Shown one piece after another: positions 10,011-20,379 of a stretch of DNA of 64,000 nt. Position numbers and translations under genes: made by a program. The stretch's first letter is position 1; each line of letters opens with the position of its first letter. The notes under the pieces are model-generated. The model was not told the DNA's origin. It did not search any database and was given only the letters and a program-made list of their open reading frames with translations. The stretch is from Candidatus Bathyarchaeota archaeon (GTDB taxonomy: Archaea; Thermoproteota; Bathyarchaeia; Bathyarchaeales; Bathycorpusculaceae): the NCBI GenBank assembly GCA_963715865.1, contig OY970280.1:1632001-1696000 (forward strand). The letters run 5' to 3'.

Positions 10011-11402
10011 TTGATGCTTCGATGCATTCGCTGCGGCGCTGAGTTTTCGGTTTATCCGTTAAGGAGTAACTGTGAAAAATGCGGCGGTACACTGGAATTC
10101 GCAGCAGACTTGCCTGAGGCTGGAAAGTTGAAGTTTTCAGGACCGCAAAGATTCTGGAGATACAAACAGATGCTTCCGCCGGTTAAGCACATGGTCAGTT
10201 TGGGAGAGGGTGGAACACCATTGCATAAAGCGGAAAGGCTTGCCAAAGCAGTCGGATTGAAAGACCTCTATTTGAAGGATGAAACCCGCAACCCCACAAA
10301 CTCCTACAGGGACCGTGCAGCAGCTTTCTTGACATCAAACGCGATTGATCAAGGTTTTGAAGCACTAGTTTGCGCCACTAACGGAAACATGGGAGCTTCT
10401 TTGGCTGCCTACGCCGCAAAAGCAGGACTGATTTGCCATGTCTTAGTCCCCAAAATTGTTGATGTCGGAAAACTAGCGCAGATGATTGCTTACGACGCCG
10501 TCATCGAGGAATCAGGCGACATTGTGGACGATTCCATCCGCAAAGCAGCTGCCTTAGCCAAGGAAACAGGCTGGTACCAAGCCACCGCCGAACTCAACCC
10601 GCTGGTGGTTGAAGCTCAAAAAACCATTTCGTATGAAATTTATGAGCAGTTTGCGGTTCCTGACTGGGTTATCGTTTCGATGGGAAGCGGTGGAACCATC
10701 TATTCTCTTTGGAAAGGCTTCAAAGAACTCAAACAGCTAGGGCTGACCAACTCGTTACCGCGAATGGTAGGAGTTCAGACTGAAGGCTGCGCTGTCATAG
10801 TTAACAAATTGACAAAACCATCATCTTCAAAATCTTGTAGCCTGTCCACACGTGCCCTAGCTATTCTCGTAGGCGAACCATTACAAAGCGAATTGGCAAT
10901 CAAAGCAATCCAAGAATCAAACGGCTTAGCTTTAACCGTCTCAGACGTGGACATTCTGGCTGCAGAGCTTCAAGTCGCTAAACTTGAAGGAGTCTTCGCC
11001 GAACCCGCAAGCTCAGCCACCGTGGCAGCATTGCATACGCTGAAAGCTGACCGAATTTCCAGCGACCGCAGCGTAGTCTGCCTCATCACTGGGAGCGGGC
11101 TTAAAGCGACCGATGTTCTGCAGGCGTTGACGAAAAAACAGAAAGCAGCAGGCTTAGGACTTGCAGTAAGTACAAAGCAAAAAATCCTCAAAATCCTAAG
11201 CGAAAAGGACACTTATGGATATTATTTGTGGAAGCAACTGGGGCAGATAATGACTCGTGCCGCTGTGTATCAGCATCTTAATGAGTTGGCGGATAGGGGG
11301 TTGGTGGTTGGTTATGAGGAGAATGGCAAGAAGTTTTTCCGCATTACTGAGCGCGGTAAGAAGGTTTTGGCGGCTTTTGGCGAGATCCAACTGCTTATGT
11401 GA
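10011..11402 (+). CDS. thrC: Threonine synthase with C-terminal PadR-like wHTH domain
   Basis: Zn-ribbon N-terminus, SLGEGGTPL, NPTNSYRDR, EPASS, TGSGLK; C-terminal TYGYYLW...AVYQHLNELADRGLV...FRITERGK wHTH. Confidence 0.85.
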   Translation: MMLRCIRCGAEFSVYPLRSNCEKCGGTLEFAADLPEAGKLKFSGPQRFWRYKQMLPPVKHMVSLGEGGTPLHKAERLAKAVGLKDLYLKDETRNPTNSYRDRAAAFLTSNAIDQGFEALVCATNGNMGASLAAYAAKAGLICHVLVPKIVDVGKLAQMIAYDAVIEESGDIVDDSIRKAAALAKETGWYQATAELNPLVVEAQKTISYEIYEQFAVPDWVIVSMGSGGTIYSLWKGFKELKQLGLTNSLPRMVGVQTEGCAVIVNKLTKPSSSKSCSLSTRALAILVGEPLQSELAIKAIQESNGLALTVSDVDILAAELQVAKLEGVFAEPASSATVAALHTLKADRISSDRSVVCLITGSGLKATDVLQALTKKQKAAGLGLAVSTKQKILKILSEKDTYGYYLWKQLGQIMTRAAVYQHLNELADRGLVVGYEENGKKFFRITERGKKVLAAFGEIQLLM

Positions 11403-11484
11403 TTGATTGTTGTTGTTTTGGTAACATTTATTAGATAGTATAGCTGCAACTATACTAAAGTTATAACTGTACCAAGGCGAAAAC

Positions 11485-12021
11485 ATGCAACCCAAACCCG
11501 ACCAAAAAGGAGTCACCCTCAAAATTGCACTGGCGGGAATTATGGCAGCCCTTGTTGCAGTAGCCACCCTCTTATTTGTGGTTCCTATCCCAGCCACCAG
11601 CGGATACTTCAACCTTGGCGAGACACTCATCTACATAGCAGCATTACTTTTGGGACCACTAGTAGGTGCAACAGCAGGTGCAGGAGCAACAATAGCCGAT
11701 ATTCTTGTAGCCGCACAGTTTGCTCCAGGAACCTTTACAATTAAAGCAATCGAAGGTTTCCTTGTTGGCTTCTTAAACAAGAAACTAAACAAAAAGACCC
11801 GAAGCATCACTTTGAGCGCCACAGTAGCGATTGTTATTGGTGGCTTTGAGATGGTTTTAGGATACTTCCTCTACGAACAACTTGTCTTAGGCTATCCTTT
11901 CGCTTTGGCACTGGTTGAGGTTCCCTTTAACATTGTACAGATGCTAATCGGCTTATTAGTAGCCATCCCTGTCATGCACGCGGTTTTACGTGTTTTCCCA
12001 CAGCTTAAAAGCATGGTTTGA
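11485..12021 (+). CDS. ECF transporter S component
   Basis: Hydrophobic; IPATSGYFNLGE, G-GA-IAD, TIKAIEG motifs. Confidence 0.88.
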   Translation: MQPKPDQKGVTLKIALAGIMAALVAVATLLFVVPIPATSGYFNLGETLIYIAALLLGPLVGATAGAGATIADILVAAQFAPGTFTIKAIEGFLVGFLNKKLNKKTRSITLSATVAIVIGGFEMVLGYFLYEQLVLGYPFALALVEVPFNIVQMLIGLLVAIPVMHAVLRVFPQLKSMV

Positions 12022-12034
12022 CAGAGGATTATCT

Positions 12035-13042
12035 ATGAAACTTCCGCCTGGAAAAATCCCCATAAACATCCTAAAAGAAGTAGTATTCAAAAACCTTGGC
12101 GCCGAACGCAGCGAAGTAGTTTTAGGTCCAGCAGCTGGAATAGACGGTGCAGTATTAGATGTTGGAAATAAAAACGTCATTGTCTCCATGGACCCAATCA
12201 CTGGTGCAGTTGAACGCATCGGATGGGAAGCCATTAACATTAACGCGAATGACGTTGCTACTTTCGGGGTTGAACCAGCCTTTTTCTTTTCATGCCTGCT
12301 TTTACCAGAGAACGCGGACAGCAAAATCGTTGAAACCATAAGCACCCAAATGCACAATGCCGCAAAGGAACTCGGCATAGCCATTGTGGGCGGACATTGC
12401 GAGTCAACGCCGGGACTTGCTAATCCTATTGTTGTTGGTTGCATTATGGGCTTAACAGAAAAAGGCAAATACGTGACTGCTGCAGGAGCAAAAACTGGCG
12501 ATAAACTGATTTTGACCAAGAGCGCTGGCATTGAAGGCACTGCAATTTTAGCTTCCGACCGCGAGGCGCAACTGGCAAAAGCCTTCAGCCCCGCAATGCT
12601 TGAGAGTGCCAAGGGCTTCTACAATCAAATAAGCGTAGTAAAAGACGCTTTAACGGCTTATAAAACGGGCGGAGTCCATGCCATGCATGACCCAACCGAA
12701 GGCGGAATACTAAACGGCATCCACGAAATGGCAGACGCCGCAAGCTTAGGTGTCCGCGTTTTTGAGGAAAAAATCACAGTTGAACCTGAAACAGCCAAAA
12801 TCTGCAGGTTCTATGAGATTGACCCGTTGCAACTGATTAGTTCAGGCGCCCTGCTCATTGCTGCAGAGCCGGAAGCCTCAAACAAAATAGTCGACAGTTT
12901 ATGCCAAGAGCACATTTACGCTGATGTGATAGGCGAATTCAACCCAAACATCAACAAACGCTTACTAATGCATAAGGATGATACGGCGGAGATGCTGCCA
13001 AGACCAGTCTCTGACCATTTGTGGCTGGCGTTAACGCGTTAA
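12035..13042 (+). CDS. AIR synthase-related (HypE/ThiL/PurM-like) protein
   Basis: GKIP, GIDGA, INANDVAT, VGGH, MHDPTEGG motifs; start moved to ATG 12035. Confidence 0.85.
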   Translation: MKLPPGKIPINILKEVVFKNLGAERSEVVLGPAAGIDGAVLDVGNKNVIVSMDPITGAVERIGWEAININANDVATFGVEPAFFFSCLLLPENADSKIVETISTQMHNAAKELGIAIVGGHCESTPGLANPIVVGCIMGLTEKGKYVTAAGAKTGDKLILTKSAGIEGTAILASDREAQLAKAFSPAMLESAKGFYNQISVVKDALTAYKTGGVHAMHDPTEGGILNGIHEMADAASLGVRVFEEKITVEPETAKICRFYEIDPLQLISSGALLIAAEPEASNKIVDSLCQEHIYADVIGEFNPNINKRLLMHKDDTAEMLPRPVSDHLWLALTR

Positions 13043-13789
13043 GCTGACCCTGAAACCGCTAAGCGGAAGCTGTAAACACCAGTAGAGAAAGAATACGGGG
13101 TAAAAAATCATGTACTCAAACAAGTGCGAATAAACCAAGCCGCATTTAAACTCGACAATGGCTTGTGCAATACCGTTTTGCAGCCTCCAGTTAGTCGGCG
13201 GCTTATAATGCAAACAGTAAATGTTACTACCAACCGATACTTTGTAACCGTGTGTTTCAATCCACTGTACAATGAACGCGTCTTCATAAGCGTGCAACTG
13301 CTCAGGAATCCTAATGCCCTCAACGGCTTTACGCAAAATCAATGTATCATGCATTCCGCCTCGCAAGTAAAAACATTGCCTAGCAACTATGCTTTGCAGC
13401 TTCAGGATATGCTTATCTTTCACGTTGGGGATAACGTCAATGTTTAAGCCCCAAACAGCGCCCACACCGCTTGCCAAGTCTGCCTGAGCTTTTTTATACC
13501 AGTCTGTGCAGAGCAACACGTCGCTGTCAACAAACATGAACCAGTCCGTGCCTACGCGGCGTATGCCTTCTGTGCGTGCTTTAGCCCTTGAACCCTTCAT
13601 CTGAAACAGAGAAATATTGCCATATTTTTCGTTAAATTTGTCGAGGATTTGCAGGGTACGGTCTGTTGAGAAACCATCAATCACAATTAAGTTTTTCACA
13701 GGCACATTCTGGTAGATTGATGTAAGGCATTTGCTTAGCACGTGCTCGCTGTTTTTTGTCAGCAACACTACATCAACTTGCTGCATCAA
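13031..13789 (-). CDS. Glycosyltransferase family 2
   Basis: VIDGFSTD, FVDSD (DxD), YED motifs. Confidence 0.85.
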   Translation of the reverse strand: MMQQVDVVLLTKNSEHVLSKCLTSIYQNVPVKNLIVIDGFSTDRTLQILDKFNEKYGNISLFQMKGSRAKARTEGIRRVGTDWFMFVDSDVLLCTDWYKKAQADLASGVGAVWGLNIDVIPNVKDKHILKLQSIVARQCFYLRGGMHDTLILRKAVEGIRIPEQLHAYEDAFIVQWIETHGYKVSVGSNIYCLHYKPPTNWRLQNGIAQAIVEFKCGLVYSHLFEYMIFYPVFFLYWCLQLPLSGFRVSLTR

Positions 13790-14456
13790 TGGTCCTCAAC
13801 ATTTAAAGTTCTTAATAAGCACTTAACGCGTCTACAGCATAAAAATCTAAGTAACCTCAAAAACACTTTTTTCCGCTCAGGGTCTGCCTTGTTCTGCTCT
13901 ATTGTACTCGACGGTAATTGGTGCTATCAGTATTAGCCTGTTGAGGGTAAGCAGGTTTGGGAAAGTGAAAAATTTAGACTCCAGAGTAGTTGCTTCGTGC
14001 TTGTGAGCCAAACCAGGAAACCAACCGCTAACTCTATAATTCGATAATTTAAAATAGTTTTCTAAAATTTTTAATCGTAAATTTTCGTTCTAAAACATAA
14101 AAGTTACCTGCATCGGTAACAATAAAAATCTTATGGCTATTATATTAAGAGAATAATTCATGATTGAATTGAACTTCGAATTGGTAAAAAAAATCCAAAT
14201 TCCGCTATTTTTGTCTGCCTGCTTTTTCTGCAACAAAATTTTTTTAAAAGTTTGTTGTGTGAGTGACTATCGCTGGGATTTTCCGCATTCTTTGCAGAAG
14301 ATGTCAGAGGCGTCTATTGTATGCCCGCAGTACGCGCACTTTTTTGCCTTGTCAGAATCGGTTACTGTAGACGACATGGGTGACTCTTTCTCGTATCTCT
14401 TAGCAATAAAGGGATAAGGCACTTAGGTAAAGCTGGCTGGAAATCAACGCTTACGG

Positions 14457-15614
14457 ATGGCATTTCTATCGCAAACCAAAAAAGTATGGTGTTTAGATTC
14501 GGATAATGGTTTTTATAGTTCCAATCTGATTAACTGTAATATCAATGAAGCGGCTAGTGACATTTATTTGGCGACAGGTATCAAGAAAGTGGTATCCATA
14601 GCAGCACGTTCACTTGCTCCCGGCAAGCCTCACCATGCTCAATGGTTAGTCACAAGAAAATGTAACTACCGCTGTGCCGGTTGCAATGTCTGGAAGGAAC
14701 AAGACCAAAGAGAACTTGCAACAGATGACATAAAAAAAGGATTAGATATTCTAAGAAAAGTCGGCATAGTTGAACTTGTATTCTCAGGTGGAGACCCGCT
14801 GCTTAGGGATGACATTGGCGAGATAATTGATTATGCCTCAAAATTTTTCGTCACAACCGTTTATGATAACGGAAGCATGGCTGTAAAAAAAATCGATTCC
14901 CTGCGAAATGTAGATTTCGTGGCAATTTCAATAGACAGCTTGGACGAAGCAAAAAACGATTACATAAAGGCTGTTCCAGGTGCATGGAAAAAGGCAATGG
15001 AAGCCGTAGAAATGCTTCATAATGAGGGAATAAACGTTAGTGTCACGCCGACAATTTCACAAAAGAACCTCTATGAAATAGTTGACATAACTAACTATTT
15101 CACTCAAAAGGGAATTCCCGTCTGGTACTGTCTTTACGCGTATGACGTTTCGGTGGACGAAAAACAACTCTTTAGGATTGGCAAAGCAAACGATGAGCTC
15201 GTGATAACGGATAAGCAAGCCATGGTTAAACTTTGCGATTCCCTAATTGAAATGAAAAAGAAAAATAAGAAAATCCTCATGACAAACAAACTTCTAAAGG
15301 CGTTGAGAAGTCTCTATGAGGAAGACAAGAGAACATGGAAATGCCAAGCACTGAGTAACTTCCTAGTCGTTGACCATTTAGGCAGAATCGCGGGGTGCCA
15401 TAGCCACAATTTTGCAGGTTCAATTTTTGATTTGCCTAAGAAATGGAAAAGCAAAGAATTCAAGGAACTGCGCGAAACTTACCATAAATGTACGCAATGC
15501 AACTACCTATGCTACGTTTTCTATTCGCTTCAGGGAAGCCCATGTGGTCATTTGTCGTTGGCTATGGACCAGTGGAAAAACGCGCGATTACTGATTAAGA
15601 AAGAGAAAAACTAA
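14457..15614 (+). CDS. Radical SAM protein (SPASM-type C-terminus)
   Basis: CNYRCAGC (CxxxCxxC), SGGDPLLR, C-terminal CTQCNYLC. Confidence 0.88.
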   Translation: MAFLSQTKKVWCLDSDNGFYSSNLINCNINEAASDIYLATGIKKVVSIAARSLAPGKPHHAQWLVTRKCNYRCAGCNVWKEQDQRELATDDIKKGLDILRKVGIVELVFSGGDPLLRDDIGEIIDYASKFFVTTVYDNGSMAVKKIDSLRNVDFVAISIDSLDEAKNDYIKAVPGAWKKAMEAVEMLHNEGINVSVTPTISQKNLYEIVDITNYFTQKGIPVWYCLYAYDVSVDEKQLFRIGKANDELVITDKQAMVKLCDSLIEMKKKNKKILMTNKLLKALRSLYEEDKRTWKCQALSNFLVVDHLGRIAGCHSHNFAGSIFDLPKKWKSKEFKELRETYHKCTQCNYLCYVFYSLQGSPCGHLSLAMDQWKNARLLIKKEKN

Positions 15615-15877
15615 ACTTCCAAGTTTGGAATCAGGTAGAGGAAACTGGCAATATTTATTGTCGATTGACTGTCAAATTTCTGCTCTTCTTCAATGTTTGT
15701 TATGGGAATTTTTAGGGTACTGATTCTTATTTTTGCGATGTTATCATTTATTAGTCGTGGTCCCGCATCTTTAGGTTTCTTTAATTCTATGATTGCTGGT
15801 AAGAGCATAAGCAGGAAGGTTATGGTTGCTATGGCTGTCAGAGTAAAGAGTGTATTTGAAATCTGAATCATAAGCAT
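15611..15877 (-). CDS. Small membrane-anchored hypothetical protein
   Basis: N-terminal TM helix; co-oriented with GT2 operon. Confidence 0.55.
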   Translation of the reverse strand: MLMIQISNTLFTLTAIATITFLLMLLPAIIELKKPKDAGPRLINDNIAKIRISTLKIPITNIEEEQKFDSQSTINIASFLYLIPNLEV

Positions 15878-15900
15878 CTAACGAGCATTATTTCTTAATT

Positions 15901-17175
15901 CTAAATATAACGGTTTCCATTACCCGAGTGCTCAGTCTTCTCCCAATCACTCTTGGTACTACCAACCAGCTTTCCAGCCAATAAATCGAAAAAAGCCTTC
16001 GTACAGATGAGTATGTTAAACAAGAAGGAGAAAATTAAAAAAGGCATCAACCATTGGATTCGTTTTCTGCCGTCTAAGTATGCGCCAATTCCAATCTCAA
16101 AAAAAGGCGCATAGTTACCCACGAAACTGTAAAAAGAGACAGGTACAGTAAACCAAAGTGCACCAGCAATTGATGAACCATTAAGAATAAGCAAACTGCC
16201 TACAAAGAAAGAAAGCAGGGTTAAAATGGGCATAAAATATACATGCAAAAGAAGTAAGCCATCAATTTTCTCTCTTAGCTTCATTTTTTTGCTTCTCAAA
16301 ACATTGAATGCTTGCTTGAAACAAACTTGCATATGTCCTCTTGCCCACCTGTGCCTTTGCCGCCAATATGCCTTCCATGTATCCACCGCTTCCTCGTAGC
16401 ATTCAGCGTCTCCTACATAGCGAATTTTATAGCCTGCTAGATAAACTTGAAAAGTTAAATCAGTGTCCTCAGTAAGCATTGACTCGTCAAAGCCACCTAA
16501 ACTCTCCACAATACTCCGCCTAAAACCGCCAACTGTGCCGCCGAACTGCGGTACAAGACCTAAAATATCACGCGCTTCTTGGTCAACTCTGTATCCGCCT
16601 ATTCGCTCTAAAGCTATTAAACGGGTTACAATATTGTGTGGTTCATTTAAAACAACGGGTCTTCCCTGTACCGCTCCAACGTTTGGGTCAGCGAATTTCT
16701 CCACAAGCTTTTTCGCTATGTCAGCACAAGGGAGGTAATCTGCATCGAAACAAAGCACGATTTCTCCTGTTGAGTGCTTTAAACCAGCATTTAATGCTGA
16801 GGCTTTTCCCTTGCCACCAATTCCGCTGTCTCTGTGCAAGACTTTTATGAAATTATATGATTTTGCATATTCTTCTGCAATCTTTCCTGTATTATCCGAG
16901 GAAGCATCATCAACTAATATAACTTCCAGTTTGTTTTCAGGATATGATAGCTGAGTCATTTTATCTAATAATTTGCCGATTACATTTTCCTCATTGTGAG
17001 CGGGAATAAGGATAGAAACTGTTGGTTCATATCTTAAATTTGGGTTAGTATTGGAAGCTTTATTGGTTTTTGATCTCCTTAGAACGGTTAAGGTAAAAAC
17101 ATAATGACGAATTAAGTAAATTGTAATAACCGAAGTAAAGAAAATAAAAATTAAATTTAAGATTTCGATAATCAA
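15901..17175 (-). CDS. Processive GT2 glycosyltransferase (cellulose synthase/PNAG-like)
   Basis: D, DxD (FDAD), TED and QRHRW (QxxRW) motifs, flanking TM helices. Confidence 0.9.
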   Translation of the reverse strand: MIIEILNLIFIFFTSVITIYLIRHYVFTLTVLRRSKTNKASNTNPNLRYEPTVSILIPAHNEENVIGKLLDKMTQLSYPENKLEVILVDDASSDNTGKIAEEYAKSYNFIKVLHRDSGIGGKGKASALNAGLKHSTGEIVLCFDADYLPCADIAKKLVEKFADPNVGAVQGRPVVLNEPHNIVTRLIALERIGGYRVDQEARDILGLVPQFGGTVGGFRRSIVESLGGFDESMLTEDTDLTFQVYLAGYKIRYVGDAECYEEAVDTWKAYWRQRHRWARGHMQVCFKQAFNVLRSKKMKLREKIDGLLLLHVYFMPILTLLSFFVGSLLILNGSSIAGALWFTVPVSFYSFVGNYAPFFEIGIGAYLDGRKRIQWLMPFLIFSFLFNILICTKAFFDLLAGKLVGSTKSDWEKTEHSGNGNRYI

Positions 17176-17558
17176 TCTTTCGCCTGCCTAATTGCTTCTT
17201 GTTGTTTTGGAAGAAAGCCTAAACTCAAGGACCAGAAAGGTACTATCCACATGAGGTTTAAAATAGGGTAAATTAAGGTGTAGAAAGCGTTGAATGCTAC
17301 TCCAAAATAGTCATAGCCAGCTAAAGAGAAGTAATAAAAAATTAGATTCCAGAACAAGCCAACTATGTTACCTGCTGTTAACACGCAGATTTTTTTTAAT
17401 ACGCTACCGTTTAGCTGAAAAATTAGCGAGACGAAAAGTATATTGAAGATTAATAATGTGACGGTAGATTGGAGATTAATTAGGCGGAAAGAGGTTATGA
17501 GGCATAGGATGATTGCTTCTAAGAAGATAAGCGAAGCTATGCGGTTTAAGGTTTTCAC
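17172..17558 (-). CDS. Membrane protein
   Basis: 128 aa, ~4 TM helices, overlaps GT2 start. Confidence 0.7.
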   Translation of the reverse strand: MKTLNRIASLIFLEAIILCLITSFRLINLQSTVTLLIFNILFVSLIFQLNGSVLKKICVLTAGNIVGLFWNLIFYYFSLAGYDYFGVAFNAFYTLIYPILNLMWIVPFWSLSLGFLPKQQEAIRQAKD

Positions 17559-17659
17559 TTGTTTCCTCCCCTTTCTCTTAAGTTTTGCGCTTTGAAAGAG
17601 GAGTCTAATTTGTTATTTGTGGTTTTAAGTCGTCTGTAACTTTGTTATAGAAGATAGTT

Positions 17660-18274
17660 CTAGTTAGACTTGGGAACGGAAAGAACCACGTTATTTATTA
17701 CTCTGCAAAGAACTTCAAAAACCTCTTCTGCATTCAAATTATCGGTATCTAAAACCAAGTCAAACGGCGCAAAATCCTCGCCTAAAACGAAACCGTAAAG
17801 CTTCTTGTATATTGCCTTTGTCCTATCTTCTTTTTCTTCCAGCACTTTGAATGCTTCGTTAACGGTTATTTTGTCGCGTTCGGCAACTCTTGTTGCTCTC
17901 TTCTCAATTGAAGCCATCAACCAAATCTTAAAACCCTCTTTAAGCAGCCACGGCATCGTCCAACTATCCAAGAGGACATTGCCTTGCTGTGCGTATTCCA
18001 GGAGCTTAGCGTCTACTGCCTTGTCAAATTTAGGGTCAATTACTCTTTCTTTAAGAAAATTTAAGCCTTCAAGGCTCTCCCACCAGCCTTGACACGACAC
18101 GTCATAGCCTTCTGCCTTTGCCAGTTCTTTAAGCGCGTCGCCGCCTGAATAACATTTTAGATTGTATTTTTCTGCAAGTTTTTTGGACAGAGTGCTTTTC
18201 CCTGTTCCAGCCATTCCTGAAATGCAAATTACTATTTTTTTCTCGGCTAAGCATGCTTTTGTGTTTTTAGCCAT
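17660..18274 (-). CDS. cmk: Archaeal cytidylate kinase
   Basis: ISGMAGTGKST P-loop; position after DUF106. Confidence 0.88.
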   Translation of the reverse strand: MAKNTKACLAEKKIVICISGMAGTGKSTLSKKLAEKYNLKCYSGGDALKELAKAEGYDVSCQGWWESLEGLNFLKERVIDPKFDKAVDAKLLEYAQQGNVLLDSWTMPWLLKEGFKIWLMASIEKRATRVAERDKITVNEAFKVLEEKEDRTKAIYKKLYGFVLGEDFAPFDLVLDTDNLNAEEVFEVLCRVINNVVLSVPKSN

Positions 18275-18297
18275 TTAGCGTCACCACGTTTTCTGCA

Positions 18298-18762
18298 TCA
18301 AGTTTCGATGGGCATTATGCCTATTATGCGTGATGAAAGCAACCCGAAGAACAGCGAACAAATGGGATACCAGTAAAATACGGGAATAGCCCCAATGCCT
18401 GGCACGTAAGCCATAGTGGTGCCTCCAAACGTTGGCGTTAATATTAAAAACCAGACAATTAGATAAATGAAAGAAATTCCAAACTGGACCATTTGAGGCT
18501 TCATCATTTTTGTCTGCATGCTATTTATTTGAGATTGCCTCTTTTTGAGTTTTTCCATTTGCTTTTTATCGTTAGCTCGCGCAGCTTTCATGGTTTCTGA
18601 CCGGTATTCAGCCATTTCTTTCTGCATGACTCGGTATTGTTCCCAGCCTACGAAATAGTTGATTAGAACCCTGTTTATTCCAGAGTTTATGAACGCAATG
18701 ACAGCTGAGATACCCATAATTAAAATTGTTGCCAAAGGCAACGAAGTGACTGCTAAAGACAT
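18298..18762 (-). CDS. EMC3/TMCO1 (DUF106) Oxa1-superfamily membrane protein
   Basis: TM-coiled coil-TM-TM layout, FYWYPIC motif, synteny with secY and cmk. Confidence 0.85.
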   Translation of the reverse strand: MSLAVTSLPLATILIMGISAVIAFINSGINRVLINYFVGWEQYRVMQKEMAEYRSETMKAARANDKKQMEKLKKRQSQINSMQTKMMKPQMVQFGISFIYLIVWFLILTPTFGGTTMAYVPGIGAIPVFYWYPICSLFFGLLSSRIIGIMPIET

Positions 18763-19133
18763 TGCATGTTTCCTCTTGACTTTATGCTTATGCGTATCTT
18801 GTTTCCTCGTTAATAACCGTTTTTACTTCTCAGCGTTGTAACTGTTTTAGAAAAAACTTTTTCCTGTTGGCGCATAGGTTCATTTAGAAACTCCCTTGCA
18901 TATCAAATTGGCTGATAACATGTTTTTAGTGAGGTCTGCTGAATCTCAGAGATTATAAGAGAAAAATGCTTAGAATAGGATTAAACGTTTTTTATCCAGA
19001 GCCTTCTCAGCCCATCGATTTTTATTATTAATTATTTAATAACAAAATAAAAAGAGGGAAAGAATATGCTTCCTGTGTTGGTGTCGTAGTTGGCTCGGTC
19101 TATTGCCGATTGTTTCGCCTCATAGAATCAAAC

Positions 19134-19790
19134 TTAAGGTTTTTTCCAAAACAAGTAAACCTTTGTTTGCAGTAGCATTCCAACGAGCTTAACCAGCTTC
19201 GCAATTTTCGATACATCCGCATTCTGAATACATTTAACATAGACAGAGGTTTCCCCAAAGGGCTGATGACGACTGACTGCAAACTCTTTTTTGAACCGTA
19301 GATGTTTGTTTTTGACGAATGCTTCTTTAAGCTTGCACATTTGTTCATGGCTTAAACTTTCAAGTTTTACTCGGACATAGCGCTCACTGCCTAATAGATG
19401 CAGGTCAAAACCCAACTCCAAGAGCATTCTAGAAACTTCAGAAACGCTGTCCGCAGATTGCTGCTGCACTATTTTCTTCATTCCTGCCTTTTCTGCAAAC
19501 GGGTTATACTTTGCCATTACTGCAATCATCTCAACGTAAGGTGTCCCCACTAAAGGCAAGGTTTCACGTATCAGTTTAGCGCCTAAGCCTATTGTTCGGT
19601 ACTTTGGATGGATAACCACTCGGCTGATGATGCTTAATTGCTTGTTCATTTCCTGAATTGAAATTCGCGGAAGCACTAAGCGTCTTCCGTAACAGGCGGG
19701 TGGAGGATAACTGTAAACGATTACACCACAGAGCTCTTCTCCACGAACTAATCGGAAAATCTTGCGGGAAACAGCAACCTTATGACCTCG
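19134..19790 (-). pseudogene. 5'-truncated GNAT-domain gene (C-terminal half of an ABC-ATPase/GNAT fusion type)
   Basis: Frame open upstream of the called start, giving YRGHK...GVIVYSYPPP...ISRVVIHPKYRTIGLG (GNAT motif A), but no proper start; ends where the RHH gene begins. Confidence 0.65.
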
Positions 19791-20135
19791 ATAATCGACC
19801 AGCTGATAAAGCGTGGGATAAGAGGATACAAAAGCAGAGCAGAATTCATAAAAGAAGCCATAAGAAAAAGGTTTGAAGAGCTACAAACCGCACAGCATAT
19901 GCTTGAGCTGCCGCCCCTCGAACATTTTAACATAGACGAACAAGGGGTCAGAATTCTGGACCGAACTCTTGCGAGCAAAACATCAAGGGGAAGAATAATA
20001 GACGTTTACTTTAAGCCCGACAACGTTTGGTGCGATTACTGTCAATCCAGCAACTGCCAACACGTCAAATTCGCCCTAGACCTCCCAGCGGTACAGGAAA
20101 TCCTAAACAAAAAAGGCTGGACAATAAAAGCATAA
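19782..20135 (+). CDS. RHH (CopG-like) plus C-terminal Zn-binding regulator, probably lacking its N-terminal strand
   Basis: GYKSRAEFIKEAIR helix B; WCDYCQSSNCQHV; in-frame TAA at 19749. Confidence 0.6.
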   Translation: MTSIIDQLIKRGIRGYKSRAEFIKEAIRKRFEELQTAQHMLELPPLEHFNIDEQGVRILDRTLASKTSRGRIIDVYFKPDNVWCDYCQSSNCQHVKFALDLPAVQEILNKKGWTIKA

Positions 20136-20379
20136 AAATGCTCGTAAATACCTGAACAAAAAAGAGGTTTGAAGCCTTTAACTTCCTCTCTCCAATAAGA
20201 AAATTGAGCAGCGTGAGTATAACCGAATTAATTTCAACGCTAACCTCACCTTAAGTTCAATCTATTTAAAGGCGGGGAGATAGCCATCAGAGAGCACTAG
20301 AGCCGTTTAACTATTCAAAGCCAACAACTACTCTCCTTTAAATAAGGAACGATAGTTTTTTCAAGCAAACCTGTTAAGC

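Noticed and set aside
11986-12612. 208-aa minus-strand ORF, plus similar antisense ORFs over ilvC, moeB, hypE and r-proteins
   Set aside because: Opposite strand to confidently identified genes; no motifs.
14160-14417. 85-aa ORF upstream of the radical SAM gene
   Set aside because: Lies in an AT-rich divergent promoter region; atypical composition.
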